This document shows, piece after piece, positions 54,136-63,440 of a stretch of 64,000 nucleotides of DNA (positions within the stretch are counted from its first letter, which is position 1; every line of letters begins with the position of its first letter). The notes beneath the pieces were generated by a model. It was not told the origin of the DNA, searched no databases, and saw only the letters and a list, made by a program, of their open reading frames with translations. A program made the position numbers and the translations under genes. Origin of the DNA: an uncultured bacterium (GTDB lineage: Bacteria > Chloroflexota > UBA5177 > JANWHV01); the NCBI GenBank assembly GCA_963827235.1, contig CAWHAE010000010.1, forward strand, positions 1 through 64,000. Direction: 5' to 3'.

Positions 54136-57100
54136 GTGCAGCGCAGGGATCCCGGTCCCGCCTTCGGGGTGCTGCTGCGACGCTACCGGGAGGCTGCCGG
54201 CCTGACCCAAGAGGGGCTGGCCGAGCGGGCAGGGGTGAGCGCGCGTGCCGTCAGCGACCTGGAGCGCGGGGTCAACCGCGCCCCGCGCGCGGACACGCTG
54301 GGACTGCTGGCCAAGGCGCTCCAGCTGCCGCCGGAGGACCGCACCCGGCTGGAAGCCGCTGGGCGCCGCGTGGACGAGTCCGAGATCACCCCCAGCGTGT
54401 TCGACGCGCCGGCGACAATGTCCTCCAAGGACGTTGGGGTGCGGCTGCCGATCGAAGACCGGACCCCCTCCGTCGTCCTGTCGTACACGGCAGAGGACGG
54501 CGAGTTCGCGGCGCGCTTGCTGAACGACCTGGCCGCGCGCGGCATCGCCGGGTGGCCGGAGCGCACGGAATTGCGGCGCGGGGCCGGCGGGCCGGAGGGT
54601 TTGCGGACCGCGATGCGCGCCTGCCGCGCGGTAGCGCTGGTGGTCTCGCCCGCGGCGCGTGCGTCGCGCCTGGTCACCATGGAGCTGGGCCTGGCCGAAA
54701 TGTACGGCCGTGCCATCGTGCCCGTCTGGGCGGCGGGGGATCGGTGGCTCGAGTGCGCGCCGGCGGAGCTGGCGGGCGTGCCCTGCGTGGACGCGCGCGG
54801 GGCGCGCTATCCCGAGGCCGTCGCCGCCCTCGTGGCCGCGCTCGGCGCGATCTCTCCCGGCTGGCCACTGGAGCACTCCGTGCCCGCACCTGCCGCGCCG
54901 GCTGCGCCGCGCAACCCGTACAAGGGCCTGCGCGCCTTCGTCGAGGAGGACGCGGGGGACTTCTTCGGGAGGACCGCCTTTGTGCAGACTCTGCTGGAGA
55001 TTGTAGCTGCCACCCTAGCAGGCGGGCCGCCCGCACCGGCCCGCCTGCTGGCGGTAGTAGGGCCGAGCGGCTCGGGCAAGTCCAGCCTGGTACGCGCCGG
55101 ACTCCTCACCCGCCTCAAGGCCGGCGCCGTGCCGGGCAGCGAGGGCTGGGTCTACCTCGATCCGGTGCTCCCCGGTGCGCATCCCCTGGAGGCGCTGGCC
55201 GTGAGCTTGGCGGGCAGGCTGGACCGCAGCATACACACCCTGCGCGAGGACTTGAGCGGCGATGACGCCCGTGGGCTGCACCTGTGGGCCCGGCAGCTGG
55301 CGGCGCGTCTCGAGCAGCGAGTGGTGCTGCTCGTCGACCAGTTCGAAGAGCTGTTCACCCTCACCACGGACGAGCAAGAGCGCCGCCAGTTCATCGACCT
55401 GCTGCTCACGGCGACCACCGAGTCGCGCGGGTCGCTGTTGGTCATGTTGACGCTGCGAGCCGACTTCTACGACCGGCCGCTGGCCTATCCGGCATTCGGC
55501 GCCCTTCTACAGAGCCATGGCCAAGTGGTGCTGCCGATGTCCACTGCCGAACTGCGCGAAGCCATCGAGCGGCCTGCCGGCCTGCCCGACGTACAGCTGA
55601 GCTTTGAGAGCGGACTGGTGGGCGACCTGCTCTACGAGGTGGCAGGGCAGGCGGGCGCGCTGCCCCTGCTGGAGTTCACCCTCGAGCAGCTCGCGGACCG
55701 CCGGCAGGGACGCCTGTTGACCGCAGCCGTCTACCAGGAGATCGGCGGGGTGCGCGGCGCGTTGAGCCGGCAAGCGGAGGCGACGTTCGCTGCGCTGCCC
55801 TCCGACGCGCACCGCGACCTGGCTCGGGCGCTGTTTCTGCGCCTGATCGACCCGGGTGCAACAGAGCAGGACACCACGCGCCGCCGGGCGGCGCTGGAGG
55901 AGATGACCCTCCCCGATTCCCACCAGAGCGCGCTGATGCAGGACGTGGCAGACGCCTTCGTGGCGGCGCGGCTGCTGACCTCCGGCGAGCATGCCGGTGT
56001 GACTACCCTGGACGTAAGCCACGAGGCCCTGATCAGCGCCTGGAGCCGCCTCGCGGGCTGGCTGCGCGAGGCGCGCGAGGACGTGCGGCTCCAGCAGACG
56101 ATCAGCGCGGACGCCGCGGCATGGGCGCGGCGCGGTCGGCAGGCCGACCACCTGTATCGGGGGAGTGTCCTGGAGGAGGCGCAGGCGTGGGCGGCGCGGA
56201 ACGTTCCGAGCGCCTGGGAGGTGGCCTTCCTGGAAGCGGGCGTCGCCGAGGCGCAGCGGCAGGAGGCGGCTCAGCGCGAGGCGCAGGCGCGCGAGCTTGG
56301 GCTCGCGCAAGCGGCGGTAAGCGCTAACCGGCGCGCGGCCGGGCGGTTGCGGGCGCTGGCCGTGGTGCTGGCGTTGTTCCTGGTGGTGGCGGCGGGCTTG
56401 AGCGTGGCCGCGCTCAACAATGCCTCTGACGCCTCACGGGCCCGGACCCGTGCTGCGGCCAATGCCTCTGCCGCGCTGAGCGCGCTCTCTCGCGTGTTGG
56501 CCTTGCAGGCCGGCACACTCCTCAACAGCCAGTTGCAGGTCGCGTTGCTCCTGAGTGTGGAAGCCGACCGGCTGAACAGCTCGCCACAGACTCGTGCCAG
56601 CTTGGTTCGCGCGGTCAACTCCAACCCGCGGCTGCTCGCCTTTCTGGCCACGCTGGCCAGTCCCGTGGAGAGCGTGGCCTTCAGTCCGAACGGAGCGATC
56701 CTGGCATCCGGCAGCGGCGACGGCACCGTGCGCCTGTGGGATGTGGCACACCGAGGGGCTCTCGGCCCGCCCCTCGCCGGCCACTCTGATGCCGTGAACA
56801 GCGTGGTCTTCAGCCCCGACGGCAAGACACTGGCCTCGGCCAGCAACGACGGCACAGTACGGCTGTGGGACGTGGTTCGCCGCCAGCCCCTTGGTCCCTC
56901 CCTGACCGGGCAGCCGGGTTTCCTGAACAGCGTGGCCTTCAGCCCCGACGGCCGTATTCTGGCGTGCGGCGGCAGCGCCGGCACGATCCAGCTGTGGGAC
57001 GTGACAGGCCACCGGCCGCTCGGTGCGCCGCTGGGCGGGCAGGCTGGGTTCGTCTATGGCCTGGCCTTCAGCCCGGATGGCAGGCTGCTGGCCGCAGGCA

Positions 57101-58575
57101 GCGGCGACGGCACAATCCGGCTGTGGGACGTGGCCCGCCGCCGGACAATCGGGCCAGCGCTCAGTGGACACAGCGGTGAGGTGCATAGCCTGACCTTCAG
57201 TCCCGATGGCCGGACGCTCGCCGCCGGCGGGGGCACGGGCACCATCGTGCTGTGGGACGTGGCGAGCGGGCGCGTGTCCGGGGCGTCACTGACCGGGCAC
57301 ACCGGTCCGGTGTACAGTGTGGCCTTCAGCTCAGACGGCACGACACTGGCGTCTGGAGGCGAGGACGGCACCATCCGGCTCTGGGACGTGGCGACCCGGC
57401 TGCCCGTCGGTTCGCCGTACCCGGGACATGGCGGCCCGGTGTATGGGGTAGCCTTCAGCCCAGACGGCACGACGCTGGCGTCGGGAGGCGAGGACGGCAC
57501 AATTCGCCTCTGGGACGCGGCGGCCAGCCCGGCCAGCCCGGCCAGCCCGGCCAGCCGGGTGCTCGCCGGGCACAGTGACCAAGTGAATAGCGTGGCCTTC
57601 AGCCCGGACGGACGGATCCTGGCCTCCAGTAGCAACGACGCGACCATCCGGCTCTGGAACGTGTCGACCGGCCGGCTGCTCGGCCCGCCGCTTGCCGCGC
57701 ACGCCGGCCCTGTGCTGGACGAGGCGTTCAGCCCGGACGGGCGCACCCTGGTCTCGCACAGTTACGACGGTGAGACCGCCGTATCGACCATCCGCTTCTG
57801 GAGCGTGCCCACCGGCCGCCCGCTCGGGACGCCCAACATCGCGCATACCGGCACAGTGGACAGTGAGGCTCTCAGTGCCGACGGCAAGATCGTGGCCTTG
57901 GGCGGTGAGGACGGCACAATCTGGCTGTGGGATGTCGCGCGCCGGCGGCCGCCCCGCCCGTGGCTCACCACGGGGGGCGCTGTCGGCCTGCTAGCCTTCA
58001 GCCGCGACGGCACCGTCCTGGCCTCCGGCGGGGCGGACAATACCATCCGCCTGTGGAGCACGGCCAGCGGCCGGGCGCTCGGTCCTTCCATCATCGGGCC
58101 AGCGCTGTGGGCCATGGCCTTCAGCCCCGACGGCACGATCCTGGCCGCGGGGGGCACCGGCACCGTCTTCCTGTGGGACGTGGCGAGCGGACGGGCGCTG
58201 GTTTCGCCGCACACGTGGTATACCGCATGTGGCTATTGCGACACGAGCAGTGTGGCCTTCAGCCCCGGTAGCACCACATTGGCTGCCGGCGACGCCGAGG
58301 GCACCGTCTCGCTCTGGGACGTGGCGAGCGGGCAGGCGCTCGGCCCGGCTCTCGCCGGGCAAGAAAGCGATATCGCAAGCCTTGCTTTCAGCCCCGATGG
58401 GGGGCTGCTGGCCTCCGGCAGCTACGACGCTACGGTCCGCCTGTGGCCCATGCCGACGCGGCAGTCGCCTGTGCAGCGTGCCTGCGCGATCGCCAATCGC
58501 AACCTGACGCCCCAGGAATGGCGGCAGTACCTCAGCGATCTGCCCTACCACAAGACGTGCGGGGACGTTCCTTGA
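54136..58575 (+). CDS. XRE-HTH / TIR / nSTAND1 / TM / WD40 protein, intact
   Basis: GGAGG RBS then GTG; FGVLLRRYREAAGLTQEGLAERAG; VVLSY...SRLVTMEL; GPSGSGKSS; TM LAVVLALFLVVAAGLSVAAL; about 14 WD40 repeats. Confidence 0.93.
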   Translation: MQRRDPGPAFGVLLRRYREAAGLTQEGLAERAGVSARAVSDLERGVNRAPRADTLGLLAKALQLPPEDRTRLEAAGRRVDESEITPSVFDAPATMSSKDVGVRLPIEDRTPSVVLSYTAEDGEFAARLLNDLAARGIAGWPERTELRRGAGGPEGLRTAMRACRAVALVVSPAARASRLVTMELGLAEMYGRAIVPVWAAGDRWLECAPAELAGVPCVDARGARYPEAVAALVAALGAISPGWPLEHSVPAPAAPAAPRNPYKGLRAFVEEDAGDFFGRTAFVQTLLEIVAATLAGGPPAPARLLAVVGPSGSGKSSLVRAGLLTRLKAGAVPGSEGWVYLDPVLPGAHPLEALAVSLAGRLDRSIHTLREDLSGDDARGLHLWARQLAARLEQRVVLLVDQFEELFTLTTDEQERRQFIDLLLTATTESRGSLLVMLTLRADFYDRPLAYPAFGALLQSHGQVVLPMSTAELREAIERPAGLPDVQLSFESGLVGDLLYEVAGQAGALPLLEFTLEQLADRRQGRLLTAAVYQEIGGVRGALSRQAEATFAALPSDAHRDLARALFLRLIDPGATEQDTTRRRAALEEMTLPDSHQSALMQDVADAFVAARLLTSGEHAGVTTLDVSHEALISAWSRLAGWLREAREDVRLQQTISADAAAWARRGRQADHLYRGSVLEEAQAWAARNVPSAWEVAFLEAGVAEAQRQEAAQREAQARELGLAQAAVSANRRAAGRLRALAVVLALFLVVAAGLSVAALNNASDASRARTRAAANASAALSALSRVLALQAGTLLNSQLQVALLLSVEADRLNSSPQTRASLVRAVNSNPRLLAFLATLASPVESVAFSPNGAILASGSGDGTVRLWDVAHRGALGPPLAGHSDAVNSVVFSPDGKTLASASNDGTVRLWDVVRRQPLGPSLTGQPGFLNSVAFSPDGRILACGGSAGTIQLWDVTGHRPLGAPLGGQAGFVYGLAFSPDGRLLAAGSGDGTIRLWDVARRRTIGPALSGHSGEVHSLTFSPDGRTLAAGGGTGTIVLWDVASGRVSGASLTGHTGPVYSVAFSSDGTTLASGGEDGTIRLWDVATRLPVGSPYPGHGGPVYGVAFSPDGTTLASGGEDGTIRLWDAAASPASPASPASRVLAGHSDQVNSVAFSPDGRILASSSNDATIRLWNVSTGRLLGPPLAAHAGPVLDEAFSPDGRTLVSHSYDGETAVSTIRFWSVPTGRPLGTPNIAHTGTVDSEALSADGKIVALGGEDGTIWLWDVARRRPPRPWLTTGGAVGLLAFSRDGTVLASGGADNTIRLWSTASGRALGPSIIGPALWAMAFSPDGTILAAGGTGTVFLWDVASGRALVSPHTWYTACGYCDTSSVAFSPGSTTLAAGDAEGTVSLWDVASGQALGPALAGQESDIASLAFSPDGGLLASGSYDATVRLWPMPTRQSPVQRACAIANRNLTPQEWRQYLSDLPYHKTCGDVP
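57522..57556 (+). repeat. 9-bp tandem repeat GGCCAGCCC x4 encoding an ASP linker
   Basis: in-frame ASPASPASPAS midway through the WD40 array. Confidence 0.85.
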
Positions 58576-58788
58576 AGCCCGTTGAGACGGTATGCTCTGC
58601 CACGTAGCAGGCGCGTCCCGAGAGGGCGGAGATATTGCAGCAGCGGGCTGGGGCGAGACGCTGATCCGCGGTGTCCACGCCAAGAAGGGTGGCACGCCGG
58701 CACTGGGCGCATGTGTCACGCACACCATTCACGGCTGCGAAGAGTCTACGTGGGACTCTGCGCACCCTGCACGCACTCGGGCTACACC

Positions 58789-59373
58789 TCAGTACTGCAC
58801 GAGGACTTCCTCGGCATGGACGCCGGCGGTGCTGGGGCCGAGGTCCAGCATGTCGTCACGGTAGTACCCCGGCCAGGCCGGAATTGGCCACATCTCCGGA
58901 TACGCCATGCCCCCCGCTACCATCGGGTTGTGTACGTCGCGCACCACCCTCGAGCCATCGAACGTCACCCACTCGTCGGAAACATAGAAGTTCCACGCAC
59001 AAGGGCTAAAGTAGCCCTTGCCATGTGCCGCCAGGTGGCAGAGACCCGTGAAAGCCGTGCTCCCCCACAGCTTGGCGTCGCATTGCGGGCTGACGTCACT
59101 GCCGCTGCCTGCGAGCGTCGCCTCATACGAGAATGTGGCGCTGCCCGCGGCAGTACTCACGATATCCACCGTGACGGCCAGCGTGACGGCGCCCGGCGCA
59201 TGGTCGGCCAGGGCGCAGACTTCACCGGGACCGTGGCCGGGCTCGCAGCTCCAAAACAGCTGAGCCAGCCAGTGACCGGCCAGCGACGGGGTACCGGCCG
59301 CCGCCGCGGTGTGTACCGGTAGGCAGGCCAGCACCAACAAGAGGCTTGCGAACAGCTGATGTGTGACGCGCAT
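58789..59373 (-). CDS. secreted Cys-containing hypothetical protein; output gene of cassette 5
   Basis: GAAAGGAGCA RBS, signal peptide MRVTHQLFASLLLVLACLPVHTAAAA, five Cys in the mature part. Confidence 0.78.
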   Translation of the reverse strand: MRVTHQLFASLLLVLACLPVHTAAAAGTPSLAGHWLAQLFWSCEPGHGPGEVCALADHAPGAVTLAVTVDIVSTAAGSATFSYEATLAGSGSDVSPQCDAKLWGSTAFTGLCHLAAHGKGYFSPCAWNFYVSDEWVTFDGSRVVRDVHNPMVAGGMAYPEMWPIPAWPGYYRDDMLDLGPSTAGVHAEEVLVQY

Positions 59374-59518
59374 CGTCTATGCTCCTTTCGGCCCTTCCCT
59401 CGTGTCACACGGCGTGTCGTGCGGCGCCGCTGGCTGCCCCAGTCCGTCGGCGGGCTGGCTGTCTCCACGAGCCTCCAGTCCTCAGCCGACCGATCGTCCC
59501 GATTTCATCGATACGGGC

Positions 59519-59662
59519 AGCGTAGGCCGTCCAGGAGCCGCCGGCCACGCAGACCGGAAGCGGTACCCGCAGGTCTGTGCCAACCGGCGAAACCTGTGCC
59601 TAACGCTTCGCCATCCAGGCTCGCCGCCCACGCAGCGCTCATGCTCGGCGCAGTGCTATGAT
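59519..59662. promoter_or_regulatory. divergent promoter region, cassette 5
   Basis: minus-strand GGCCTACGCT at 59519-59528; CGCAG at 59548 and 59568; plus-strand GTGCTATGAT at 59653-59662. Confidence 0.5.
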
Positions 59663-59741
59663 CACGACGAGCGCCCTCGCGTGGCGGAAGCGCAGATGCA
59701 CACGGCGAGCTTGACACCCACGACGGGGACCGCGCACAGAC

Positions 59742-62700
59742 GTGGAGACCACCCAATCCTTCGGTGAGCAGCTGCGGGAGGGGCGGCTGGCGGCAGGGCT
59801 GACGCAGGAAGCCCTGGCCGAGCGGGCCGGGGTGAGTGCGCGCGGCATCCAGGCCCTGGAAGGGAGCGAGAGCAAGCCGCAACGGGAGACGGCCAGGCGG
59901 CTGGCTGCGGCGTTGGGCCTGCCCGCGTCTGCGCACCCGGCGTTTCTGGCCGCCGCGGGACCGGCACCGCGTCGCCGGACGGTCGCTGCGCCCGAGGCGC
60001 CCGCCGCGCCTCTGCCACCCACGGTCGGGCCACCCGACCTCGGCAGCCGGCCACCCCTGGTCGGGCGCCAGCGGGAGGTGGCGGCGCTGGAGGCGCACTT
60101 GGCCGGCAAGGGACCGCCCCTGCTGCTGTTCGCCGGCGAGCCGGGTATCGGCAAGACTCGCCTGCTGCAGGAGGCAGCACCCCGGGCCATCCCGCGGGGC
60201 TGGGCGGTGCTGGCAGGCGGGTGCAGCCGTGGCACGGGCGAGCCCTTTGCGCCGCTGCTGCAGGCCCTGGAGCGGCATGTGGCGAGCCGGGCGGTGGCGG
60301 CCTTGCGCGCGGAGCTGGCGGGCTGCGCCTGGCTGGTCCGCCTGCTCCCCGACCTGCCTGCCGATGCCATCGAGCCGCTGCCGCACTGGGTGCTGCAGCC
60401 CGAGCAGGAGCGACACCTGCTGTTCAAGTCGGTCAGCCGCTTCCTGACCAACCTGGCGGGAGCGGCCGGAACGCTGCTGCTGCTGGACGACCTGCAGTGG
60501 GCGGGCGCCGATGCCTGCGACCTGCTCGCCAGTCTGCTCCGCCAGCCGCAAGATGTGCCGTTGCGCTTGGTGGGCGCCTACCGAGATACGGACGTCGGGC
60601 CCGCGCACCCGCTCGTGCTAGCCCTGGCCGAGCTGGGCGAAGCGCAACTGGCAACCGAGCACACGCTGGGTCCCCTGGCGCCAGCCGAGGCCCAGGCGCT
60701 CTTCCTGCAGGCCCTGGGCGAGCCTGGACAGGACAGCGAGGCTCTGGCGGCGCAGGTTGCGTCGCGCGCCGCCGGCGTCCCCTTCTACCTGGTGAGCTAT
60801 GCGCGGAGCGTGCAGAGCCGGCAGACCGAGGGGCCGACTGCACCGGGCGTGCCCTGGGACCTGCGGCAGAGCATCCGGCGCCGGGTGCAGGCCCTGCCGG
60901 AGGCCACACGGACGCTGCTGGGCACGGCGGCGGTGCTGGGCCGTGTGGTGCCCCGCACGCGGCTGCTCGCGGTGATGGGACTGCCCGAGGGTGAAGTCCT
61001 CGATGCCGTGCAGCACGCCTGCCGCGCCGGGCTGCTGGAGGAGACGGCGGACGACGCCTATGCCTTCGTGCACGACCTGATCCGCGAGGTGGTGGAAGCG
61101 GACCTGGCGCTGGGGCGCCGCCGCCTGCTGCACCAGCAGGTGGCCGAAGCCCTGGAACGCGCACCCGGCAAGCCGCCCGTGGAGGCGCTGGCCTACCACT
61201 TCCGGGAGGCGGGCGATGCGGCGCGGGCGGCGATCTACCTGGAGCAGGCCGGCGATCAGGCGGCGGCCCGGTTCGCTGACACGGCGGCGGCGGAGCGCTA
61301 CCGGCATCTGGTGGCGTGCCTCGAGGGACTGGGCGGCGCCGAGGCCGACCTCCTGCGCGCCCGTGAGAAGCTGGGCATTGTCCTGGCATGGCGCTTGGGG
61401 CAGTTCGGCGCCGCGCTGGCGGTGCTGGACCAGGCCGCGAGCATGCTCCGCCTGGCGGGCGACCAGGCAGGCATGGCCAGAGTGGAAACGCTCATCGCTG
61501 GGATCTACGGAGACAGAGGTCCCTTTCCGGCGGGGATAGCGCGCCTGCAGCCGATCGTGGCCACACTGGAGTCCCGCGGCCCCTCCGGCGAGCTGGCCAA
61601 GGTGTACTTGAGGCTGGCCAACCTCCACGCGTCGAATGGGCAGCCGGACTACGCGTTGGACTATGGCAGCCGCGGGGAGAAGATCGCCCGTGCGCTGAGC
61701 GACCAGGCTCTGCTGCTCTGGGCACTCACGAACCACGCCTACGTCTGCATCATGGCGAGCCGCGCCGATGAAGCGCTCCGGGCGGCCCAGGAGGCCGCAG
61801 CTTTGGCGGGACCGGAGGACGATGAGCCATGGGGCATACTGGCCTGGACCCTCGAGGAGCGCGGCGAGACCCGAGGACTCATGGGGGCCCTACGGGGGCC
61901 CTACCACCAACTGGCCTGGATCCATGAGGAGCGGGGCGAGTACGAGCAGGGCAGGCAGGCCGCCGAGCACATGCTCGCGATCGCGGAGGGGGCACGGGAT
62001 CCGGCCGGCATCATCACCGCCATGAGCCGGCTGGGGCTAGACGCTTTCCTGAGCGGTGATTGGGTCGCCGGCCGTGCCTACCTGGAGCGCGGCCTGGCCC
62101 TCGCGGACGAGATGGGCTTCAGGGACGGATTTAACTACACTGGCCCGCGCGTCGACCTGGGGCGACTCCTGCATGCCGCGGGCGCCTGGGACGAGGCGGC
62201 GCAGTACTTCGAAGCGGTGCTGGCAGTCTCAGGAGGAACGGGCGAGCGTTTGCACGCGCTCATCGCTCGTGCCCTCCTGGCCGAGCGCGAGGCGGTCGCC
62301 GGCCATCCCGAGGCGGCCTGTGCGCGCCTACTCCCGCTCCGCGACCAGCCGGGTCAGGAGGAGCGTATCGTGACGCAGTACGTGCTGCCCGTGCTGGCCT
62401 GGGCGCAGCTCGAAGCGGGCCAGATCGATCAGGCTGCCGGTACGGTGCGCGAGGCACTTGAGCGGGCGCGGCGCGGCACCTGCCGGCTGGCATGGGCAGA
62501 GGACCTGCGGGTGCAGGCCCTTGTGCTGTTGGCGCAGGGGTGCTGGGACGAGGCAGAGCAGGCGCTGGCGGAGGGTCTGGCCCTGACGCGGAGCATGCCC
62601 TACCCGCACGGCGAGGGACGGCTGCTGGCGGTCTACGGCCGCCTGCACCTGGCCCGCGGCGACGCTGCGGCCGCGCCGAGCCTGCCTGGAGGACGCGCTG

Positions 62701-62772
62701 ACTATCTTCCGGCGGCTGGGGGCGCGCGCGGATATTGAGAGTGCCGAGCAGCTGCTGGCCACGCTCGGCTGA
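59742..62772 (+). CDS. XRE-HTH / AAA_16-type STAND ATPase / TPR regulator, frameshift near 62680
   Basis: paralogue of the 18487 protein; the true tail LEDALTIFRRLGARADIESAEQLLATLG ends at TGA 62770-62772 and matches LEAALVIFHRLGAVKDEVRVQQLLVTLG. Confidence 0.92.
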
Positions 62773-63125
62773 CGAGCAGTAAGACCGACCCCAGTGTCCA
62801 CGCGTTATGGCAGGCCCTGATCGCTACGCGCCAGCGTTTGAGACATCGGCGCAATGATCGCGCCGGGCCTGTGGCTGCGCCGCGTTGCACCTGCAAAGTG
62901 AGCAAGCTGGTCAGTGCATTTCTCTGCAAGAGTCCGGTATGGGCCGCGAACAGTCAAGCCACCTCAGCGTAGGGTGTGTCAGCGAGAACTGAAGAGCACG
63001 CCGCGGGCGCAAGTGTGAGGTGAGCTTGCCGTGGCGCGCTACGGAGAGGGTGCTTGCCACTGACTCTGCTTCGGCACGTACCACACCCGCCAACATGTTT
63101 GCCCCGACTGCTCGGGACGGGTCAG

Positions 63126-63161
63126 CGAGCGGAAGACCCACGGCCATGGGTCTTCCGCTCG
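63126..63161. other. perfect 15-bp stem hairpin
   Basis: CGAGCGGAAGACCCA-cggcca-TGGGTCTTCCGCTCG, no U-tract. Confidence 0.6.
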
Positions 63162-63253
63162 GAGGTGAGCACACCCACACCGCTGGGGGCGCGCTAGCCT
63201 GTCCTGCAACTGCTTGGCGGCGACCCACTGGCGGCGGCAGGTAGTGGACAGCG

Positions 63254-63379
63254 ATGCCGGGGACGTTCGTCCTCGCGCAGGACGGTGTAGTGCGCCTGGC
63301 CTTCGTGGACGCCGACTGGACCGAGCGGCTGGAGCCGGCAGCGATCCTGGAGACCTTGCACCAGATCGCCGGCCAGTAG
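63254..63379 (+). pseudogene. C-terminal remnant of a peroxiredoxin-like (AhpC/TSA) protein
   Basis: MPGTFVLAQDGVVRLAFVDADWTERLEPAAILETL. Confidence 0.6.
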
Positions 63380-63440
63380 GCGAGACCGGGCCGTGCTTCG
63401 GCGGGTACGTTGTGCCTCGCGAGGGTCGCAGTCACGCCGG

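Noticed and set aside
6523-58575. Canonical Avs, Thoeris or NACHT anti-phage system
   Set aside because: The NTPase motifs are nSTAND1-type with TM-WD40 and an XRE head, and no ThsA-like partner is present; a defence role is not excluded but not supported
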